Positions 51,657 to 58,239 of a stretch of DNA of 58,239 nt are shown piece by piece. The DNA is from Alphaproteobacteria bacterium (GTDB lineage Bacteria; Pseudomonadota; Alphaproteobacteria; UBA8317), in assembly GCA_038131935.1 (NCBI GenBank), contig JAYPQH010000014.1:1-58239 (forward strand), in the 5' to 3' direction. Made by a program: the position numbers and the translations under genes. Position 1 is the stretch's first letter; the number at the start of each line of letters is the position of its first letter. The notes beneath the pieces are model-generated. The model made no database searches. It saw only the letters and a list, made by a program, of their open reading frames with translations, and had not been told where the DNA came from.

Positions 51657-52529
51657 CTATAATGCTTCCGCACCAGAAATAATTTCAATAAGTTCACTTG
51701 TCACCGCAGCCTGTCGGGCACGGTTATATTCCAACGTCAATCTGTCGATCATGTCACCAGCATTTCTTGTTGCACTGTCCATGGAGGTCATACGTGCACC
51801 TTGCTCAGATGCAGCATTCTCCAGCAATGCATTAAAAATGAGTCCGGAAACATAGCGTGGCAAAATGACTTCCAATATCTGTTCTGCACTAGGCTCAAAT
51901 TCATAGATCGCTTGATCATCAACAACCTCTTCTGGAGCCTCGACCGGAAGCAACTGAAGATCTGTCGGGACCTGAGTCATAACTGATTGATAGCGCGCAT
52001 AAAACAAACGAGCTACATCAATCTCACCAGCTTCAAAAAGCTCCGTTATTTTTCGGGAAATAATTTGAGCTTCAGTAAACCCAACATATTTCACATCCCG
52101 CAAGTCCACGTGATCAACTATGTATTCTGCATAATCACGATTAAGAATATCACGACCCTTACGCCCCACAGTAAGAATTTTTACCGTTTTTCCTTGCGCC
52201 TCACATTCCGCGATTGCGTGGCGAGCGAGGCGAGCAATGTTGGAATTGAAACCCCCACACAGACCACGCTCTCCTGTCATGACAACAAGCAAATGGCGAT
52301 TATCGGAACCCGTTCCCCCAAACATAGCCGGGACATCTGCACCGGCTTCTAAGGCACCATTCAGGCTACGTATCACCTGGGCAAAGCGCTCAGAATAGGG
52401 TCGGGCAGCTTGAACTGCCTGCTCTGCACGACGAAGTTTTGCAGCCGCCACCATTTTCATCGCCTGAGTTATCTTGCGTGTTGATTTCACGCTCGAAATC
52501 CTCAGCTTAAGCGATTTCAAACTTGGCAT
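51657..52529 (-). CDS. atpG: F1 ATP synthase gamma
   Basis: [29 protein letters not shown] and [16 protein letters not shown]. Confidence 0.98.
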   Translation of the reverse strand: MPSLKSLKLRISSVKSTRKITQAMKMVAAAKLRRAEQAVQAARPYSERFAQVIRSLNGALEAGADVPAMFGGTGSDNRHLLVVMTGERGLCGGFNSNIARLARHAIAECEAQGKTVKILTVGRKGRDILNRDYAEYIVDHVDLRDVKYVGFTEAQIISRKITELFEAGEIDVARLFYARYQSVMTQVPTDLQLLPVEAPEEVVDDQAIYEFEPSAEQILEVILPRYVSGLIFNALLENAASEQGARMTSMDSATRNAGDMIDRLTLEYNRARQAAVTSELIEIISGAEAL

Positions 52530-52544
52530 AATCTTAGCTCCTCA

Positions 52545-54074
52545 TCACGCGAATGCAGCGACGTAATCGCCAATGGCTGTGTTCAGGTTCGCCTCGATTG
52601 CGTCCGTTAACTTACCTTCCACACGGATTTCATCCAATAAGCCCGCATGATTTGAGCGCAACTCTTGCAGAAGACCTTGTTCAAAGCGAACAACATCGCC
52701 GGTTGGTATAGAATCCAAGAAACCCCTAACGCCTGCATAAATCACCGCAACTTGCTCTTCTACCTTCAAAGGAGAATACTGATTTTGCTTCAACAATTCA
52801 GTAAGGCGAGCACCACGGTTCAACAATTTTTGCGTTGACGCATCGAGATCAGATCCAAACTGTGCAAATGCGGCCATCTCACGGTACTGCGCCAACTCCA
52901 ACTTAATAGATCCAGCGACCTGCTTCATAGCCTTAATTTGCGCCGCTGAACCAACACGCGACACAGATAAACCTACATTCACCGCAGGCCTAATACCTTG
53001 ATAGAACAACTCTGTTTCAAGGAAAATCTGACCATCAGTAATGGAAATAACGTTGGTAGGAATAAATGCCGACACATCGCCTGCCTGTGTTTCAATGACA
53101 GGTAATGCTGTTAGAGATCCATTACCAGCTTCATCACCCATTTTAGCGGCACGTTCCAACAAACGGGAGTGCAGATAGAAAACATCTCCTGGGAATGCTT
53201 CACGGCCTGGTGGACGACGCAGTAGCAATGACATTTGACGGTATGCCACAGCCTGCTTCGTCAAATCATCAAAGGCAATCAAAGCGTGCATACCATTGTC
53301 ACGGAAGTACTCACCCATCGCTGCGCCAGCATAAGGAGCAAGATACTGCATCGGAGCAGGATCAGAAGCCGTGGCTGCAACAACAATGGAATATTCCATG
53401 GCGCCACGCTCTTCTAGGGATTTCACGAACTGTGCAACAGTCGAACGCTTTTGACCAACAGCAACATAGATACAATACAGCTTCTTAGACTCATCATCGC
53501 CTTCATTGATAGGCTTTTGATTCAGAAATGCATCCAAAATAACAGCTGTTTTACCCGTTTGACGGTCACCAATGATCAACTCACGCTGTCCACGCCCCAC
53601 TGGGATCAGCGCATCAATGGCCTTAAGCCCGGTTTGCATAGGCTCGTGAACAGACTTACGTGGAATGATACCAGGCGCTTTCACTTCAACGCGACGACGT
53701 TCAACATCAACGATTGGGCCTTTTCCATCAATTGGGTTACCCAAAGCGTCCACGACGCGACCAAGCATGCCGCGACCAACAGGTACGTCAACAATCGTTC
53801 CTGAGCGACGAACAACGTCACCTTCTTTGATGCCTGCATCAGAACCGAACACAACGATACCAACATTGTCCTCTTCGAGGTTCAACGCCATACCCTTGGT
53901 ACCATCAGAAAAGTCGACAAGTTCCCCTGCCTCCACGTTATCCAATCCGTACACACGGGCGATGCCATCGCCGACAGAGAGGACTTGGCCTACTTCTGCC
54001 ACTTCTGTTTGCGAGCCAAAATTTTTGATCTCTTCTTTAAGGATTGCTGAAATCTCAGCGGCCTGGATGTTCAT
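52545..54074 (-). CDS. atpA: F1 ATP synthase alpha
   Basis: [41 protein letters not shown] and SVSRVG. Confidence 0.99.
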   Translation of the reverse strand: MNIQAAEISAILKEEIKNFGSQTEVAEVGQVLSVGDGIARVYGLDNVEAGELVDFSDGTKGMALNLEEDNVGIVVFGSDAGIKEGDVVRRSGTIVDVPVGRGMLGRVVDALGNPIDGKGPIVDVERRRVEVKAPGIIPRKSVHEPMQTGLKAIDALIPVGRGQRELIIGDRQTGKTAVILDAFLNQKPINEGDDESKKLYCIYVAVGQKRSTVAQFVKSLEERGAMEYSIVVAATASDPAPMQYLAPYAGAAMGEYFRDNGMHALIAFDDLTKQAVAYRQMSLLLRRPPGREAFPGDVFYLHSRLLERAAKMGDEAGNGSLTALPVIETQAGDVSAFIPTNVISITDGQIFLETELFYQGIRPAVNVGLSVSRVGSAAQIKAMKQVAGSIKLELAQYREMAAFAQFGSDLDASTQKLLNRGARLTELLKQNQYSPLKVEEQVAVIYAGVRGFLDSIPTGDVVRFEQGLLQELRSNHAGLLDEIRVEGKLTDAIEANLNTAIGDYVAAFA

Positions 54075-54631
54075 TACCGAGCCTCTTTCAAGTTACGTTG
54101 AAGTTGAGTAAGTTGGTTAGCTATGGAGTTATCGACAAGTCGTGACCCCACTTTTACGATCATGCCACCGAGCAGCGAAGGATCCACCTTCGCCTCAATG
54201 CGCACGTCTCTTCCAAGAGCAGCCTTTAAAGTCGCCAACAATGCGTCTGATTGCTCTGTTTCCATTGCAATAGCTGATGTGACTTCGGCCACTGCTTCAT
54301 CACGATGCGCGTCCATCAAACGCGCAAAATCACGAATAATATTTTTTATAAGCCCCAAGCGACCACGGCTAGCCACATAGCCAAAGAACTTGACGGTTAA
54401 CTCTTGCCCACCGGCTTTGGTTACAATTTTTTGAATGGTTTGTGACTTCTTTTCAAAAGGTATGGCCGGTGACACGCAAAAGGAGAACAGCTCAGCATTC
54501 TGCTCAAGAAGCTCACCAAAGCCCATCAAATCTGTTTCCACCTGATCGAGCACAGCTGCGTCATGCGCCAGACTGAACAAGGCAGTTGCATAGCGACCAC
54601 TCGCTCCATGTACGACAGACTTTCCAGCCAA
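54074..54631 (-). CDS. atpH: F1 ATP synthase delta
   Basis: RYATALF, VTSA and [19 protein letters not shown]. Likely TTG start at 54631 after GGGGAGG; the ORF-track extension to 54790 is probably non-coding leader. Confidence 0.95.
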   Translation of the reverse strand: MAGKSVVHGASGRYATALFSLAHDAAVLDQVETDLMGFGELLEQNAELFSFCVSPAIPFEKKSQTIQKIVTKAGGQELTVKFFGYVASRGRLGLIKNIIRDFARLMDAHRDEAVAEVTSAIAMETEQSDALLATLKAALGRDVRIEAKVDPSLLGGMIVKVGSRLVDNSIANQLTQLQRNLKEAR

Positions 54632-54756
54632 AAGACCCTCCCCACAAAATTTCGTTCCAAACGGGGAACGCCTTAAGGTGTTTTGCGTCCCATGCCAAGG
54701 AAAAATGAACAAAAAAAAGTGCGACCGCACGTTGTGCCGCATGCGCAACGGCCTAG

Positions 54757-54785
54757 GTGCTAGCACACAGCTTCGCCAACGGCAA
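54757..54785 (-). promoter_or_regulatory. Candidate sigma70 promoter of the atpHAGDC operon
   Basis: TTGCCG-N17-TAGCAC, an alphaproteobacterial-type -10 element lacking the final T. Confidence 0.45.
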
Positions 54786-54847
54786 TACACCTTAACGACA
54801 TACAGAGAAAATTCCCCATCTCTGCAACGAAATGATTAGTGGAACCT

Positions 54848-57024
54848 TCAGTGAAACGTCAAAGGATCAATATCAATATCAATCCGACAACCTTTTTTTG
54901 TTGCTTTTTGTATCGGCAAAACCCATGCCGCAAGGGCCTTTTCCAGCAGTGAGCGATGCGGCGCGCGAACCAAAACCCGCCAGCGATAAGCTCCACGGAT
55001 CTTATAAATAGGAGCCATAACAGGTCCTAAAATTCTGCCCCTCAATGTTGTGCATACGCGCTTGATAAAAAACTCTCCATGCAAAGGACTTTGCTGTTGT
55101 CTCCACAGGAGATGAGACAATAACCGCCGCCATTTTGGAGAATGGAGGAAAATGCAATCGTGAGCGTGTATCCTCTTCAACTTGGGTAAAACCGGTAAAG
55201 TTACCCTTTTCAAAATAGGTAAAAAGAGAATCATCTGGACGCGTTGTTTGAACCAGAACACGCCCACCTTTCTTGTGCCTTCCTGCCCTTCCCGCCACTT
55301 GCTCTAAAACCTGATACAACCGTTCTCGCGCCCTAGGATCAGTAGCTTCATGGTCAGGATCACCGTCTACAACCCCCACCAAGGTAAGGTTTGGTATATC
55401 ATGACCTTTGGTCGCCATCTGCGTTCCCAACAAAATATCAATGTCACCATGCTGCATGTCCTGCCAAAGCCGCTGACTTTTCTTTGCTGTATCCAAAATA
55501 TCACTTCGAAGCCATAGCTATATTCGCATCGGGGAATCTGCTCCTCACTTCCTCCTCAAGTCTCTCAATACCTACCCCAAAAAAAGCCATTCATCTTGAC
55601 CACAGCCTGTACAGAACTTTGGAATCTCAACATGATGCCCGCACCAGTGGCAAAGCAGCCTCCTGTTTGCCGATGAGGTATCATGCGCATGTCGCATGCA
55701 GTACAGATTGGTTTTTGACCGCAGGAACCACATGTCATCACAGGAGCATATCCACGGCGGTTGATGAATAACAAAACTTGTTCACGGCGTTCCAGATGTA
55801 CCCCTATGGCGTTACATAGAGGCTCAGACAACACCCCACCTGACAATGGCTTGTCTATTCTCATATCAATCAATTCTGGGCGTATTGGCTGAAGCCCATC
55901 AACGCGATTATTCAACTGATAGACGCCTCCGCGTACCGACATGGAATAAAGGCTTTCAATTGTTGGTGTGGCAGAGCCAATTAAAATGGGAACCTTATAG
56001 AGCTGAGGCTTGATGCTTACATCGCGCGCATGATAGCGGGGAGGGTCATCTTGTTTATACCCTTTGGTCATGCCCTCATCCACGATTATCAAGCCAAGAT
56101 TTGGCATGGGAACAAGGCAAGCTGACCGCACCCCCAATAAGCACCAAAGGCTTTCGTGATTGCACTGCAGCCCATACTTCTGCTCGATTTGCGGGCGACA
56201 TACCACCATGCCATAGATGAATAGCCACAGGTTGTTGATCAGATTTGATCATAGCTGCAAAACGATCAACCAGAGCCTGCGCCAATGCAATTTCAGGCGC
56301 CATAACAAGAATTTGACGTCCACGCTGTAACATCCGCAGCGTTAGATGCGCATAGATGAGGGTTTTCCTGATCCTGTCACGCCATGCAGCAACTCCTGCT
56401 GAAACTGCCCACCCCAGGAAGGATTACATAAGATAGCATCTAGCACTTTTTTTGACCAAAATTCAGTGCTGGTGCAGAAAGATGATAAAGAGCATCATCC
56501 TTATGATCTGAAACAAATGGATTTTTCTTCCCAAACAAGCTCAGAATCTTGAAGCATTTGACGTATTAAGCCTTCTGACACATCAGCTCTTTTCGCCAAA
56601 GCACGCACTGACCCGAAAGGTTCAGGGCAATAGACTCCAAACCTGCCTCTCTCTGAGAAGAATGTCTTGGCACGAAGCTGACCCATAAACAATCTGTCGT
56701 GGCGGGCTTAGCTTTTAAAAAGTCTCGATGACCACGCAACATGATGCGCACAAAAAGACCAATGTCGGATAGATAATAATAAGACAGCCAATCTAAAAGA
56801 AGAATTTCTTCATAGGGCAATAATGGGTGAGGGTATATAGCAACAATATCCTTCAGTTTCCTCAGCCAATGTATGAGAAGCTGGTCCCAATACAATGCCA
56901 CCAACTGTTTTTTTTTTTTACCTAACGGAACCTGGAACCAATGCGCCAGGCATGCACTCGTCTCAGGTGCCCGATAACTCAATCGATCAATGGCTTGACC
57001 TACAGCAACATCAATAATCTTCAT
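54848..57024 (-). pseudogene. priA: priA, frameshifted duplicate (likely sequence-error copy)
   Basis: Six short ORFs match 22728..24900. Confidence 0.85.
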
Positions 57025-57115
57025 CTAACAACCTTAACCGTGACAGTATAAGGTCAACCTATTATGTAGTAGGAGCAAGACTTGGCCTATTTGATATGAC
57101 AGAAGGATATTATCC

Positions 57116-57771
57116 ATGCAATTTTTTGCCGATACAGCTGATGTTGAACTCGTATCCGCGAACTTCATAAGACCCACCGCCTTGATGGCGTAACCACAAA
57201 CCCATCACTTATTGCAAAGACAGGTCGCCGTATTACTGATGTTATTGCAGAAATTTGCGATATTATTGATGGGCCGGTAAGTGTTGAGGTTACCGCGGTT
57301 GATACCGAAAACATGGCGCGCCAGGGCCGGCTTCTCGCTGAAATCGCAGATCATGTTGCCGTAAAGCTTCCCTTAACAAAGGATGGTCTCACAGCCTGCC
57401 ATACCTTATCCCAACAAGGTATTATGGTGAATGTCACCCTATGTTTTTCACCAATGCAAGCCATGATGGTAGCGCGAGCAGGTGCTACATTTGTTTCACC
57501 TTTTGTTGGTCGACTTGATGATATTGGCCTCCATGGAATGGACCTCATTCAAGACATTGCAGAGCTGTTTGACCTTCATGACATGCAAACAGAGGTCCTC
57601 GCAGCGTCCATCAGACATACAGAGCATGTTCTCGGCGCTGCGAAGGCGGGAGCACATATTGTCACCATACCGCCAAAGCTGTTTGATGCACTATTACACC
57701 ACCCGCTTACCCAAGCAGGTCTCGAACAATTCTTAGATGATTGGCAACGTGCTGGTGGCCAAGAACTCTGA
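57116..57771 (+). pseudogene. tal: Transaldolase duplicate with an early frameshift (~57150)
   Basis: Matches 21981..22634; 2-nt insertion (ctcgtatcc versus ctcatcc). Confidence 0.85.
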
Positions 57772-58239
57772 TTTCATCCCACCGCTGGAATATGTATCTG
57801 TTTTTGAAAGTTGGCAGCGGCACCTGTTGCCGCGGCCGGACTTTCTCAGCATAGCTCGAATACATATGTCACAACTGCTAACCAACTATTTGCGCTGGAT
57901 ACATAACAGCGAGCACGGACATGAAAAATTTGAGCGAATAACAGCCGATCAGTTTGCGTGTCTTTCTTTCGCATGGCCGACAGAAGGGATGGAGCGCGAG
58001 AACAATCTCCTAAAACTCAGCGTGATTAATAATTTTCCTTCGCCTATCTACATGCAGAGAATATTATCCAAACCAACCCCGCTGACCATCTGGACCGACC
58101 GCGATTACCCCAACCATTGCCAAGGGCCCTGAATAGTGAGCAAATAAAACTGTTCATGGGTATTTTCTCCCAACTTGATGATTGGGTTGCCATTCGTGAT
58201 GCCCTATTGGTAAGTTTGTTGCTTGATCGGGCCTGGGTG
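57737..58239 (+). pseudogene. xerC: xerC 5' half, frameshifted duplicate truncated at the window end
   Basis: Starts MIGNVLVAKNSDFIPPLEY; matches 21521..22015. Confidence 0.85.

Overview
Alphaproteobacterial housekeeping DNA with compact intergenic regions. The single-copy part (1-~21.5 kb) carries a DUF429-family gene, a pyridoxal kinase, an Mcl2-like CoA-ester lyase, sdhCDAB, a SoxW-like thioredoxin, zapE, an oppositely oriented mscS-hisC-tyrC block, mdh-sucCD-sucA-odhB-lpdA and xerC. The rest is one ~17.6 kb block (xerC'-tal-priA-atpHAGDC-rplU-rpmA-obgE-proB-proA-nadD-rsfS-rlmH-DUF1523-amtB-phoR-pstS') present twice in inverted orientation: ~21521-39082 and ~40481-58235. A 1.4 kb single-copy spacer between the arms holds the rest of pstS and a truncated pstC. 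For most genes one copy is clean and the other is full of indels, and the copies also differ by many synonymous substitutions. The best explanation is a fold-back (inverted chimera) long-read/assembly artefact that mixes two haplotypes, not a real genomic duplication. I found no rRNA, tRNA, CRISPR array, transposase, phage or defence genes, and no convincing new biological system. The best biological leads are the amtB-phoR-pstS nitrogen/phosphate linkage and its candidate regulatory sites.
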